The notes beneath the pieces were generated by a model. It did no database searches, was not told where the DNA came from, and was given only the letters and a program-made list of their open reading frames with translations. Source: Takakia lepidozioides (Eukaryota; Plantae; Bryophyta). From it: DNA of 64,000 nt. Both the position numbers and the translations under genes were made by a program. Of this stretch, positions 10,932-25,600 are shown piece after piece (position 1 is the first letter of the stretch; the number at the start of each line of letters is the position of its first letter). The stretch covers positions 29,946,001 to 30,010,000 of the forward strand of contig CM060733.1 of the NCBI GenBank assembly GCA_030704615.1, read 5' to 3'.

Positions 10932-11673
10932 CTATGCTATCAACTGCCAGACTTCTCTCAAAGTGCCTCGCTCTGCATGATAGTAAGGTGTAAGAGGTAT
11001 ATCTATGTCCAGAAACCTGCCACTAACCTTGTCACAAGCTACAGTAGCTCGCTCTAACCAACCCTCCTCCTCTTTCTGCCAGGTAGAGACAAAACAATAC
11101 TCCCCTATCTCCCGCTCACTGAACACTAAAGAAAACAAAGGTAGGGTCTGATAGTCTCTCAACTCGAAAGCTTTGAGACGGTTGCGGGTGTCCTCATTGC
11201 GGATGACTGCATCTCCTTCAAGCAAAACAAACTTGTCATTGCTAATGAACCCCCGCTCGTGATTGCCTTGTGCAGAACGTGTCCGGCTGCAATCATGTCT
11301 GATTGCACAAACTTGTGTAGCTCCTGCTCCAGTACACCACGGCCTTGTGGCTGAACACCTTGGTACCCGGGGCTGTCTTTGGCTGTGTTCCAAGCCTAGC
11401 TTTCACCCACTTTGGTATTTCACCTACAGCTGTAGAACTACTGGCTCCAACAGAGTTCTGACTGTCCAAAGCAATATTGAGGCCCTCAACGCCAACTACA
11501 GCAGTTTGTTGTCTACGGCTAATACCTGACTCCCAGTATGCAATCAACTCGTCCAACTGTTCTCCACTCAAATCAGTCTGAGTTCCTTGGGAAACATAAA
11601 TCTTGTTCCCTTGTGTGCACAGGCTAAGAGACGAGACCTGCCCTTCAATTACGTCCTCATTTCCCCCAGCCAT
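10932..11673 (-). pseudogene. Extra ORF upstream of gag, function unknown, disrupted
   Basis: Two overlapping element-sense ORFs (11293-11673 and 10932-11393) with protein-like composition and no recognised domain. Confidence 0.4.
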
Positions 11674-12049
11674 ACAAGGAGGACATCCACAGATTTGTTT
11701 CTCATATAGACCAGCACAGGTTCTAGAAACAAAATTGTGGATCTTTCATGGCACACTCAACACTCTAAAAATTCCATAGATTTTTAGCAGAGTCCAAAAA
11801 ACTAAAACCATTGAAATTAGATCAAAAAGGTTTTTTTTAAAAAATTATTATTATTATTTTAAAAATAAAATAAAATTTTAACACCAAAACGTTCTCGCCA
11901 TTAAACCCTGTTCCCACGTTATCTTAACAGGTTCCAAACGTGTTCATGTAGTTCTCACCACAGACTCCCTGAGTGTTTCGAACATACACCGGTGAACTGC
12001 TCTGCATCTCGCAAGCTGGCTGCTCAAGTCCATGGCCCACCTTGGATTA

Positions 12050-13539
<1,490 letters not shown>

Positions 13540-13990
13540 TTACCCAATGTACTTAGCAGGCACACGTCTTAACCACTCGTAGCTGTGTTCTTATGCCGTG
13601 CGATCGTCCACTCCTGGTATGCCTCTCAATCCAATCCAGCTTCCGTTCGATCCATCCCCTGCGCTGCGGCCTCACCCTCTCAGTGGAGCCTCCCTGACAA
13701 ATGGGAGCACAGGACGCGGTTACGGAGTTCGTCTCCATGCGCGCAGGCTGCAGTGTGAAGAAGCTTGAAAGTGGCAGGCAGCCATGGCCGAGTTGCTGCC
13801 GTGCTTCAACCACTCTACCTATACCCCCCGAGTCCCACCATTGCGACTGAGGATGTGAGACGAACTCAAGCTAGAGCCATTCTATGCTCATTGCTTGAGC
13901 TGTGTACAAGACCATGACCATCTATATTATAATAATGCTTAAAAAACAAAAACATCATATTTAGCTTGGCACTGGAAAACTAGATAGACG

Positions 13991-14006
13991 GCTCATCTCT
14001 CTCGAG
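13991..14006 (-). promoter_or_regulatory. Self-complementary primer binding site
   Basis: GCTCATCTCTCTCGAG(T) at 13991-14007 is the exact reverse complement of 14192-14208 inside repeat B. There is no TGG-starting tRNA PBS. Confidence 0.8.
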
Positions 14007-14358
14007 TGATAGAAAACTAGAAACACACTCTTGACACACAAGAAACATGAAATCCATCAACATCACTCTTTAAGATAATAGTCGAGCCAGGGGCACCCCA
14101 AGCTATGGGGACTCCACCCCACAACAACCTATACCCCTACATAAGAACACTCAGATTCTAAAGCATGAAGGAGCTCGGTCGCGCAGGCTCAACTCGAGAG
14201 AGATGAGCTGCGCGACTGACGCTCTCGTGAAGATAAGACGGTTCAGGTGTCAAACTAAACTTGACACCTGATTTAACACTTGACCTAAATCCAAGTGTTA
14301 AATACAAATAACTAGCTTTATTCTAGTTAGTTTCACACTGTGCTTATTTAACTTGACA
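14007..14358 (-). repeat. Repeat B, copy 2 (5' terminal repeat, 352 bp)
   Basis: Direct repeat of 2373-2726, TG...CA. Confidence 0.95.
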
Positions 14359-15233
14359 CCTCTAACAAGTGGCAGGGTTGCTAACATGGTTGAGAATCCA
14401 TTTTTGCATGGCTATTAGGCATTTGTCTTATTGAAGCTAACCTTTAAGCTTGAGGGAAACTAACCAAGCAAGGGGTTTGGTTAGGTGTTCAGTTATTTTT
14501 TATTGCTAGCTCTTAGTTTTTTTTTAACGATGAAGTGGGAGTGAGTGAAGACTACTTGTCCACTTGATTAACTCCACCCCCCATAGGAGAGAGAGAGCGT
14601 GGGAAGATTAGCAAGTGGGACATTTTATTTTTTCCTTGATTTTGTCACTGGTTTTCTTGTAAAGAGCCTATACCAATTTACAGACCTAAATTTGGTTTAG
14701 CTTGGCCCCAATAGCTCCTTTGGAGTACGGGGGACCTTTATCCTTTGGGGAATGGTTGGTTTGCTAACCCACAATGGGTTAGCCCCCACCCCCCCTAGAA
14801 AGGTGGTGTGCATGTGGCATCATAGATGGACATTTGCAGGATTAAATGGAGCTGCACCACAGCTGGACCAGCCTTAATTAAGGCATTAATACCAAGCAAT
14901 GTTGTGGCTAAACCTTGAGGAAGGCCCCCCCAAGCACGGCCAGGAAGGCTGTCGTTGGCCCCTAACAGCAGCACACGGACAGCATGGACTGTTGCGCAGC
15001 AGTAGCTTAATTTAATTTTTTTTGTGGATAGAACCGCGGCCCGGCCCGCGGACCAGCGAGTTGCTGACCGCCCCCACGGCTGGCCAATCACACCGCGGTA
15101 GGCAGCACGTGTTAGGGCGGAGGACCGCCGGTCCGTGGGATCGCGTATTATCCAACGGTCCCTTGTTTAAGGGGGGGGGGGGGGGGGGGGGGGGGGTCCA
15201 AATTTAAATCTTTTGGGGGTGTAATAGGTCTTA

Positions 15234-17506
15234 GGCCCCGGCCGCACCGCGCTGCTAGCGTACAACACCTGCTAACGGCTTAGCAGGCCCGTTTTTGTAA
15301 CAGCTGCTCCAACTAACACAATCCCTGCCACACCAAAGTTTTCGCTTAACATATTTTAGTGCATAATGTTAGATTAAAACATGCGTTCGCCTGCCCCTGC
15401 CCGACTTCCCCTCGCCATTTTCCCTCGCCTCCTTCCTTCACGCCATAGCCAAAGGAGCAACGGCGAGGTCCAGGACGAGCCAGGAGCATTGTGAATGTGA
15501 GTTTGGCACTGTGAATGTGAGGGCCCAGGATGCGAAGAACTGTCTTCAGGATTAAAAGATCATGCATGATTCAGAACGTGGGGTTTCTTACACTTGTTTG
15601 CAATTTCTTAGGCACTGTGATGCGAGGTGCTCAGAATGTTTCGCTGGGGAAGGAAAAATATTTCTTGTTCCTGTTAGGGGAATTGAAATGAAGCACTGCA
15701 GGTCTTTGCAGGTCTTCATGGGCACTGCAGGTCTCAACAAGGGTAGTGGTGGGGATGGCCATTGTTGGCTTTGCCTTTTGGTATGGCCAGCGGAGAAAGC
15801 CCCGTTGGTTATGAGACTGTGCATAGATTTGTACATATTTCTTGGTAGCAGTAGTGATGGCCGCTAGATCAGGCATGTCTCATAGGCACAAGCAAACACA
15901 ATCTTAATTGGACAGACAACCAGAACAAAGCAAGTGGTTTCAGTACCTCGAAGGGTTGCACGGTTCTTCATGCAAGATCTATAACCAACTTCCTTCACTA
16001 CACGATGATCCACCTCCAGAACCAGCTCATCATGTATCTACAGTGAATATACCACCATTGCTAGAGGTTGGCAACTAAAGAGGTTTGTCACAATTTTCTT
16101 CGTCATCTTACCTTTCCAGTTGGGGTGCACTTCTCTTGGGGGGGGGGGGCATGTTCTTGGTGGTAGCAGACATATTTCACTTGTGGGGGCTCCTCACTAT
16201 GTTCCACAAGTTTTCAAGATCTGTCTGTTTCTCTATGCAAATGGAGAAGGTCACCAGTCCCCACTATGCTTGGCCAAGGGTGACAAAAGTTGCGGACACC
16301 ACTCCAACACCTCCGCAAGTTACAGAGGTGCTATGCAGTCTGGGACCCAGATGTGTTTTGCCCCAATTGGTTGAATATGTGAAGAGTAGCCAAATGGGTA
16401 TGGATCGACAAGACATCTCTTGTTGAAGATTTTTTTACTATTTCAAAGAAATCTCGGTGGCCTTCAGAAGGAGAGCCAGTGACCTCATCACCTCCCCGAA
16501 GAAGACTAGCAGCAAGCGCAAGATTGAGCTTGATGAATGCTTTCATTCTGGCACAAGGGGGTTCTGCCCTGGCATCCCCAACAGATTTGCGTGAGTTCGC
16601 AGTCTCACTGCCCAAACTCCATTCTGACTCTGGGTTAGATTCTACTTCCAGTGATGGGCAGTCAGAGGAGTATGCACAAGAGACCACCACCAGGAGAGAC
16701 TCTCTGTTTTTGGTGAGATTTGACGTGGAGAGAGACACAAGGTCTGCACTGAATGGGACTAGAGCTTTAATCTCCCTGCTGATGAACAAATGAGAACTTT
16801 TGGTGGAGACTGCAAATACAACTTATGATTATTGATACTTCACTTTTTTCATAGACAATTTGTGGCGTTCCAGATGCACTGAACCATGTGGCTCTATCTC
16901 TATCAGCTCATTCCTATGCCTGCCTGCTGCTTTCCCCACAACGCCCCCCTCTATGTGTAACTTAAGTCAGGTGTAGGGGAGAACGGTCATTGTTGAATAG
17001 CTTATTTATCTATATCATCAATTGATTGATAATACAGATTGTCATAGTGGATTATGATGCCACTTCACCTGTTGTAGACGACCACCATTTTCTCTACTCC
17101 CTGATGTCCCACAAGATTTCGCTGCTATCAACGTTCCTGATTTCATGCTCGAGTGCCATCTTGACAATCTCCTGGAAGCGGTCCCGCAGCACACCTCAGG
17201 GTGCCGTCACATGCCTCCCCGAGAAGAGCGAAGGAGAAGGAGAAGGCAAATGGCGCGGATGGCGAATGGTGAATTGCGTAGAATGGCGCGGGCAGCTGCC
17301 CGAAAACGGCGCGGCAGTTTAGATCTAGCACTGGGGGGGGGTGTGCTACTGCTAAAGTCGCCATAAACTACGAAGGATTAGTTAAGATTAGATAGCAGTA
17401 GTTAGAGCTAAAATTTGTCAAGCAAGGCCGTACGGCCGGATTTTTCAAGCTAGCAGTAGTTAGCACTAACTTAACATCCCGTTGGCAGCCCGGTGCGGCG
17501 GGGGCC
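15234..17506. mobile_element. PIF/Harbinger-type DNA transposon, non-autonomous or decayed
   Basis: 27-bp imperfect TIRs GGCCCCGGCCGCACCGCGCTGCTAGCG / CGTTGGCAGCCCGGTGCGGCGGGGGCC, with TTA on both sides (15231-15233 and 17507-17509). No transposase recognised. Confidence 0.8.
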
Positions 17507-18465
17507 TTAGGGGGTAGGATGGCCAAGCCATGGTTCATTTTTGTGGCTTAGGTTGAGTTTGAGGGGGCGCTAAGGTGGGTTATAAGCCGTCTCTCCCACC
17601 CAAGCTGATGATCTGTAGGGACCTCTGTCAAAGTGAAAACTGGAGGAAGCCTTGGCTAAAATGCAGAATGGTTGGTATCTCTTGACCCCGAAGGGCTAGT
17701 ATTGCTTTCCGGTATAAAGATGGATACTTCAAGACATTCCAGGGGCGATTCGGCTCTTCTGCATGACACAACACACCTTGCCAAAAATTAGAGGGACAAA
17801 AATCCATTGAAATGGAGCAAGGGTGCTTGGGGTTACAAGCGGGAAAGATGACCGTCGAATATCCGAAAATCTTGGGGACTTCACATTTTAATATTGAGAC
17901 CATTTTGGAGTCCAAAAGATATCCCATAGATATATGTTACTGTGAATAAGGTTGTAGAAGTTACAATTTGTTGAAACCATCAATAGCGGTTATTTTCTCT
18001 TTCATCAGATCTCTATGACTTTCTTCTGATTGTGACTTTTGTTAGCATTCTCAAGTAGAAGTATGTCTTCAACACAACGATATGGCCCTGATGTTGTCTT
18101 TGGTGTTATGTTGTGTTTCAATTGTGTTTTAATGTTAAGAAGCTGTTTGAATGTTCGTTTGTTTCAACTGTGATTTGGAGTTGACTGATTTTTAAAGTTC
18201 TGATATATGTGATTTAAGCTTGTTACAATCATAAGGCTAAATGTCGTAAATGTATTCCAATTGTAATGTAGTGGAAGTTTAGACCATGATGGTTTTGATG
18301 TGACTATGACCAGACTACAATTGAGGGTGACTAAAGTGGAGAGTAAAAGTCCATCCAATAGGAATGACAAAATGATTTGCAATCATCCGTTTTGTTTTGA
18401 CTGAATGTTTGTTGTGCAACTGAGAAGTAAATTGAAAATATGTGTGCTCTATTATGACCATCGGA

Positions 18466-18630
18466 GACAACCAGCATGTAGCCCAGTGGTAATGGGCACA
18501 TACCACGTTGGATGTGGTTGTGCGTATAAACCACGGTATGGTGTGTCATGAAGGTGTCCACTTTTTAGCTGGAAGGCAGTAGCCCTTGTGGTGAAGTGAC
18601 ACCATAAGTTACGCTCACTTCGGGAGGCGT
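18466..18630 (+). repeat. Truncated copy of the SINE body/tail, inverted relative to 18922-19088
   Basis: About 165 bp of clear reverse-complement similarity to 18922-19088. Confidence 0.8.
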
Positions 18631-18895
18631 CATACTTTATGATCATCAGACGATTACTCATTGATTTGTATGATTCAGTCATTTGAATATACTTATCCTA
18701 GAGACAATAGCATAGATATCATTCTTCCTTGTTGTTCTCTCCACGTTCGGACGGATCCGGCAAGGTCCCACCATTCAAATTTTATAGTATTTAGCGTTGC
18801 ATGTTTCAAGGTAGGAGGGCGTTGAAAATGGCCCCTTCCCTTGGTGGATGAGGGCGGATTTGGATGGATGAATTCTGGATGAATGTTTCCGAAAA

Positions 18896-19210
18896 TATAT
18901 ATATATATATATATATATATCACGCCTCCCGAAGGGAGCGTAACTTTATGGTGTCACTTCACCACAAGGGCTACTACCTTCCAGCTGAAAGGTGGACACC
19001 TTCATGACACACCAGAACAGTGGTTTGAACCCACAACCACATCCAACGTGGTATGAGCCCATTACCACTGGGCTACATGCTGGTTGTCGATGAATTTTAC
19101 AAATTATCATCCGTTGGATAAAATCGCATGCCAACCTTGCGGGGTCTTGAACTTGAGACCTCGGGGCTAGGACCAATCATAGGGGGTGTTCGACCCATTC
19201 GGGCGACCTT
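18896..19210 (-). mobile_element. Putative tRNA-derived SINE with a (TA)n tail
   Basis: Minus strand shows an A-box-like TCGCCCGAATGG near 19195-19207 and a B-box-like AGTTCAAGACC near 19143-19153. The body is shared with 18466-18630 and ends in (TA)n at 18896-18920. Confidence 0.55.
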
Positions 19211-19308
19211 TCTACGGTTTCCGCTCTACGATTTGAGTATTTTGGCAATTTGGAGGGGCTATTGGCACATCTAGATGCTGAGCCATGGCTCATTGGATTA
19301 TCTACCTA

Positions 19309-19638
19309 CCGTACTTACCTAGCTTATTAGGCACTTCCGTGCCTAATAATTAATAAAAATGAAATATTATTAGGCAGATTTGTTTTCATTATTGAGGCAC
19401 CTCACCTAGGTAGTTTCCAAACATTAGGCATGAATTACAGTCGACCCTGGATAATAATGAACAATTATTTTTTACCTCCCTCAAAAACTATTGTTGAGGT
19501 AATTTTCATAATTTTCGAGCAATTAGGCACTTCTCAGGAAAATTTTCCAAGTTTTCGACAGATTTTCCAAAAATGTTCTAAATTTAATTAGGCACTTCAT
19601 TTTGAATTAATTATTGCCTAATAAGCTAGGTAATACGG
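19309..19638. mobile_element. Tc1/mariner-type MITE
   Basis: TIR CCGTA(C)TTACCTAGCTTATTAGGCA at both ends, TA on each flank, and internal TTAGGCAC subrepeats. Confidence 0.85.
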
Positions 19639-22600
19639 TAATGCCAGTATTACTTAATTTTTTGTATTATTAAATGGTTAAATTAGGTTTTTTGCTTAGA
19701 AATTAGGTAGAAAATAGAAATATTAATATTATAATATTATAATTTACATGTCTATTTGAAAAGCCTACTTAAATAGTATTTTTCCTAATTTTCTTTAGAA
19801 AATCTATTTCTAAATGGATAAATGGCCTTAAAAATAGGAGAAAATAAGAAATTTGCGTAGAGGTCTTTTCTTTGCTAGGTTAGGTTTTGCTGTCCCCTCA
19901 AGATAGCGGGAACAATGATGGCCCCTCGAGACACACGTGCGAGCCTGTGAAACGTGAATGTGAAGCATCCTAAAACTAAGCGGCTTGCCCTCGGAGAACC
20001 TTTATGGGAGTAGGTACTCTAAGTGGAAGGGACCTCTCGAGAAACTCGATAGACTCCCAGGTGAAGTCGTGTTAACTTCAAGGCAAGGTAATTCCAGCTA
20101 AATCTTAGCCATTTGCATTGGACTTCCGCAACAATAGTGGAAGGCGAATGTGGTTTCATCAATATAAAAACTTTGAAGACAATTAGTTATGAGTAGATCT
20201 AGGACCAACGTTTGCCCTGTAAGCATGGGATTTGGACCCTGCGTTTACTGGTAGTTAAATACGGAAAAAAATCTTTCATCGACCGCTGACCCTCTGTCAA
20301 GCTAGTGATTCATTTACGGGTGGGCGAGCCTAAGCTTCCTCGTCGCTGAACTCCATGGCCCCTTGGCATCGCCTCCTGCATACTTGTGCGCACAGCGGCT
20401 TGTCAAAGAGTGCAAAGAGTTACATGATTGTAGGTAGTGTTGAAGGGAGAAACCGCGGCCTGTGCAGGTCATTTGGTTGGCGTCTAGCGAGCATGAGGCT
20501 GCAACTCTACCTTCGTGCAGTCTTCCAACTCATTAGAAGACTCCGACAAGTATGTCTCTTTCACTTTCCGTTGTCATTGTCTCTGTGCCCGTCTCACCGT
20601 CTCAGTATCATTCTTGGATGTCACATTATCCACCATGTTTGGTTGACAAGGGATCTTACTGAAGCGTTTGGACCATCGTACTGGGCAACTGTGGTGGCGA
20701 TGCTTTTGACATTACTTAATCCTTCATTTGCCCTACTTGTAATCTCATCTCACATTCATAAGCAAACAAAGACAATCCCACACACTGATATGCGTAGACA
20801 AAATAAAGAGGAGAAGAGGAAAGTAAGGGAGACATGATCGCGTGGATACGTCACCAAATTTTAAAAAAATCCACAAATTAAAAAAAATTCAAAGTACGCG
20901 AACGAAAGAACAAACTGTGGTGCAAATACATGGCCATGTTTTGTTTTTGTTGCATGCGGATTTATCTTTGTTTCCCTTGTTTTTCTGCTTGACCGGGCGG
21001 ATGGATGAACTTTATGGATGAATATTATACAAACTTTAATGATAACATTCATCATAGGCTAGAGTATGGCGTGGGCAGATGTAGAGTAGTTGCGAATCGT
21101 AAAGTCTTTCCTACTGTGAGATTGAAGTGCGAGCTCGAAGGTTAATTGTATCAGACAACTTCCATTAGGGATTCTTAGTGAGGAGACGGCACCACTCATG
21201 CTTGACGGTTAACATTTAGAGCAGACATAGCTGCATGCTATTTGATTATCAGAAATGAAGAGTAGAGTGACCAGAGAATTCATGAGCTGTGCTGGAGGGC
21301 TCAGACCTTGAACAGCGATTCATGATGGACACTCGGGCGGGAGAATGCTACTTAGTGGCTAGCTGTTCAGAGCATGAGGACTTTTTTCTTGCGAATTTTT
21401 TTTGGAGAGAATGAGAGATACTGAGATGATGGAAGTGGCTGAGCTAAGCATCACTTAGACGGGAGATTTTGGAATAGAAGAGCTCTGATTTTGGGGTCAG
21501 AGACTTCTGCTGATGGAACCTTCGTTGCATGCTGGGCTTTGTACCCAAGAGTGTAGCTGGAAATGACAGGGAAGATGAAATACCATTAAGTACTATTGAG
21601 GCGCGTCATTCTGTTTGTTTTGCTTCGTTTGTCGTGATGAATTTTTCTTTTGGATAGAATAGGGCTCTAGCGTTGCAGATGTGTTCAGTCAGTTGCATTG
21701 CACCTTTAGCCATCAGGTTACAGTTTCATGTGATGCTCATCATGTCCCAATACTACTAGGTTAACCTTGGAAGCTTTTAGAATTCTTCATGATCACAAAC
21801 GAATTGAGGGAGAACAACACTAAGAGAGAGAGTGTGTTTCCATGGCTCACTATACCAAGATCATATGATGGAGAAAGATCGTAGAGACACTTGTAAATGA
21901 TAACTACCACCAGTACACTAATGCCTCGGAAATTTGCTACTCATTGGTAAGAGACGAGTTAGCATGTGCAATCATGGGGGTCAACGATTCAAGCCGTAGA
22001 GTATCTGCTGCACTTTCTCTTCTGCTGCAGTGCAGCATGTACGGAATGAAGAGTGTATCCTGGTAATAGGTAGGATTCGATGTGGGCATTTACTGATTTG
22101 TTTTGTTTTTTTACCATAGCTACCAGTTCCAAAAAACTAGGCATGCTAGTGTGGCCCCCACGGAGAACCTCACGATGTGTGCAGGAAGTTAGGCGGGCAC
22201 CCAGGGGCTGCCGCCATTAGTGTGCCCCCGCGCAGAGCGTGGGTTATACAAGAGTTGAGTGGATAGCCAGAGGGCTACCGCCACTAATGTGGTCCCCGCG
22301 GAGAAGCTCCAAGGAGTTGGGAGTATAGCCAGGGGCTTACCGCCGCCACGCTTCCGTGACGCTTGGCGCCGTATGGGGGGGTTGACCTCAAATCCCAAGC
22401 AGCTCGAACTGCCCACCGTCACTAGCTCAGACGTTAGGTGCCGCACCTCAGCCTATCACGTCGCGCTGCGTTGTAGCCAAAAACTAAAAATTGGGTTTTG
22501 AGGGAGGTTCCGACCCCGTCCACTGAGGATATTTGAAGGCAAATACCCTACTATTGGAGGGGTCTTGGACCACGAGCATTTGCTGTTAATCCCCCCTAGA

Positions 22601-25600
22601 TTTGGGAGATCGTCTAGTTATGATTTCTAGTATTGGTATTATTCGTCCGATGGATAAAAATTTGACTATCGAGGTTGAAGTTAGTTGGATCGCCCCAAGC
22701 AGAAAATCCGACTTGAAAAGGCGGATCCGGCATCTTCCTCAGAGATAGGTTGAACTTAACCACCCCAGGAGAGGAATTGGGCGGGAGACAAATGGTCCCC
22801 ACTTCCCTAGGCTCGGGAATCGTTTTGTGAAGGGGTTTGAAAGTTTCCCCCGATTATAAGTGTCTCGGGAGCTCAGGCATGTTGGACTTAGCTGAATAGA
22901 TAAGACTAGAAGGCAATCAATATATAAAAAACCGTAAACAGACCGTAGGCTGTAGGAACGCAACCTTGCCCTATGAAGAAGATTGAACTCTTCTTTGCTG
23001 GTAGACTTAGAATTTTGTTCACTGATTCCACCACTAGCATTCCGCGGATCCCCTGCACTAACCGCAATCGGGTGGACGGTTCGTCGACCCCAACCCATTC
23101 CGCTACACACCTCGACCCCTCCTAGCTAGTATGCTGTCGCCCTGGCCGCGCGCGTCCAGGGCTTGTCAGCAGGTGTTGAATGGTGCCCATACGCTTGTAT
23201 CCTGCTGTTCCTGTAATATGTATGTTGCTGGTTTGTTTTGTGAGGTTGGCGCCAAGATTCTTTGTCAGCAAGTCTTGTAGGAAGATCATGTACTCGTAAT
23301 AGGCATCCTGCTGAACCCGCGATGGTGTTGAAGGTAGGAGTCTCCATGACGTTTAACTCACCTCGTATATTGGACTTGATCAAAATGGCGTGTGCAACAA
23401 GCTTTTTATCAATCTCAGACATCATGGAAGCGTGACTGCCGTTGGAGCTTGAATTTGTCGTGACGTTGATCGAGTTCACTGTATCGGCAAGAGTTTGGTT
23501 GATGTTGGCGACACGCATCATGTCAATTATCACCTGTACTCCTCCTGTGCTGGTGGGGTATGGCCATTGAGACTATTGGTGTGGGGAGTGAATTCCATAC
23601 AGTGGTCCAGAATAGAGATATTAGTCATGTTTCAGAGGTTCGAAGGCCGAGGCATTACGTTTGTTGTTCGAAGCAGATCAGGTTAGATCATATATTGGTA
23701 CATATTTTTTTTCAGATCGTTTTTTATCTTAAGGCAGACAGTTTAGGCATTGTACTGCCAAAACAGGGCAGTTTGCGAGTTATTTGGGAATTGCCGGTAA
23801 AGCACGTAAGAATTTAGATTATGTTTGAGACGACCATGGAGAAGCTCTGGTGTCAAAATGACCGTAAGGAGCTGCATCGACAACGAGTTAGGCTGCCAAT
23901 TCGGTACCAGTAATGACAACATGCACCTGTTCGAAACAATACATGACGACTGTTCCAGTCCCGGATTGTGATCTCTCTATTCTCCCACCTTTCAAGTCCA
24001 ATAGGAGCATGCGGCGAGGAGTCTCCGCTTATTGCTGACCTCTCGTTTCTCCCTACTACTGCTGCTCCTCAGCAGCTCCAAAGTTGTAGCACACATCGAA
24101 CCTGGAAAGTAACAAATCTCATTTACAGTGCTACAGTTGTCAGTCCTGGCTTCCATACCGTTAACAAAAGAAAAAAAAAACTTGTCACTTGTGTGTGTAT
24201 GACATGTTTGATTTTTTTTTTGTTTACTATTATCCGCAATTTAAGGGGACTACAATTAGAATTGAAAGAGAAGTCTTCATGAAGGGTCAACAATGGAATT
24301 GTAGCTTAGTGTGAGTGACAATATTAACATGACGCTACTTGATCTCTTGCTCAAACTCAAGAAATTTTTGTCTCTCTAAATTCTGGTCTCCTATCTCTGA
24401 TTGCTCTCCATACTTTTTCACGCCATTACTTGTCGTTCGTGTGCACATTATTGGCAAGGGCCGCTGAGGAAAGGTTTTCTTTGGAAGAGTGAGGTTGGAA
24501 CTTGTATCTGCTGGAGACCTAGATTCATAATACTGTGTATGATGGAGGATAAGTGGGAGGATATAAAGAAGATTCTGAGATCCAACCTAAAAGATGACGA
24601 ATTTGCGTGCTTCCAAGCTGATGATTGGGATAAGTTGGGAAGCCACGGCTGATAATATTGTTGAATATTCTTGGAGGGAGGCTTGGGGTAGATGCCAAAA
24701 TGTTCATGCTAAGTTATTTGATCGAAGACGATGAACCTAAATAGGCTCGCTAACAAACTAATAACGATGTTATGCTTCTTTTACTCCTAATTAAAATAAA
24801 CATCTATTGCATACAATTAAATGGTTGTGTTCAATCTAACAATGCAATTGTGCGACGCACAACTGAACCATACAATGTCAATGTTTGGCCCATGAGGTTT
24901 GGAACTTCCTTCCATCATCAAGAATCATAAATTTGTATTGGATTGCTTTTTATGTGTGAGTATAAATCAACATAAAAGTTAGCTAACGCATGAAACATGT
25001 CCCCTTCTTCTTCCGCCTCTCCATCCAACTTGATTTCTTCTTCTACCACTTATACATTTTAATCTGTATAGCAATGAAATATTGCGACAAAACAAGTGCT
25101 GCATCGGAGCAAACGACGGGTGAAGGAGCTTCTCGGCGAAGTTTTGAACTCCTCAGCGATGCAAAGTGTGTAGGAGGAAACTCCAAATGATCTGTGACCC
25201 AGTGGCAGGGCCAAAGACCCCCTGGGGGCACCACCAGTAATTATAATTTTTCACCAAGTTTGAGGATTTTTGGAGATGATGAGAGACAACATCAAATTAT
25301 CACGCCGGAGGCAGTTGCAAAAGGCGATTAAATGGAATTCTAGTTCATCCAATGGATGAAATCTGGAAATTCGACCTGCAAGCTGGAGGGATGAGAAGAC
25401 AACCTAGCGCCAACTGGTCATCCATTGGATGGATGAAAACCAAATTTATCATTAACACCAAGGTTTTCCATCCATGGTTATTATTTTATGGTGTTTTGTA
25501 GGGCGGAAGCAAGTGATAGAAAACAATGGCGGGAGCAAAGCAACAAGCAGTGAACGATGGCATGGAGCGGGACCTGGAAAGCAAAATTGGCTAAGTATAA

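Noticed and set aside
15171-15196. Poly-G run as a functional G-quadruplex
   Set aside because: Simple homopolymer with no supporting context.
20300-25100. Short ORFs (such as 20355-20837 and 23126-23533) as genes
   Set aside because: No recognisable motifs or consistent exon chain. Possibly old TE debris, but I cannot support a call.
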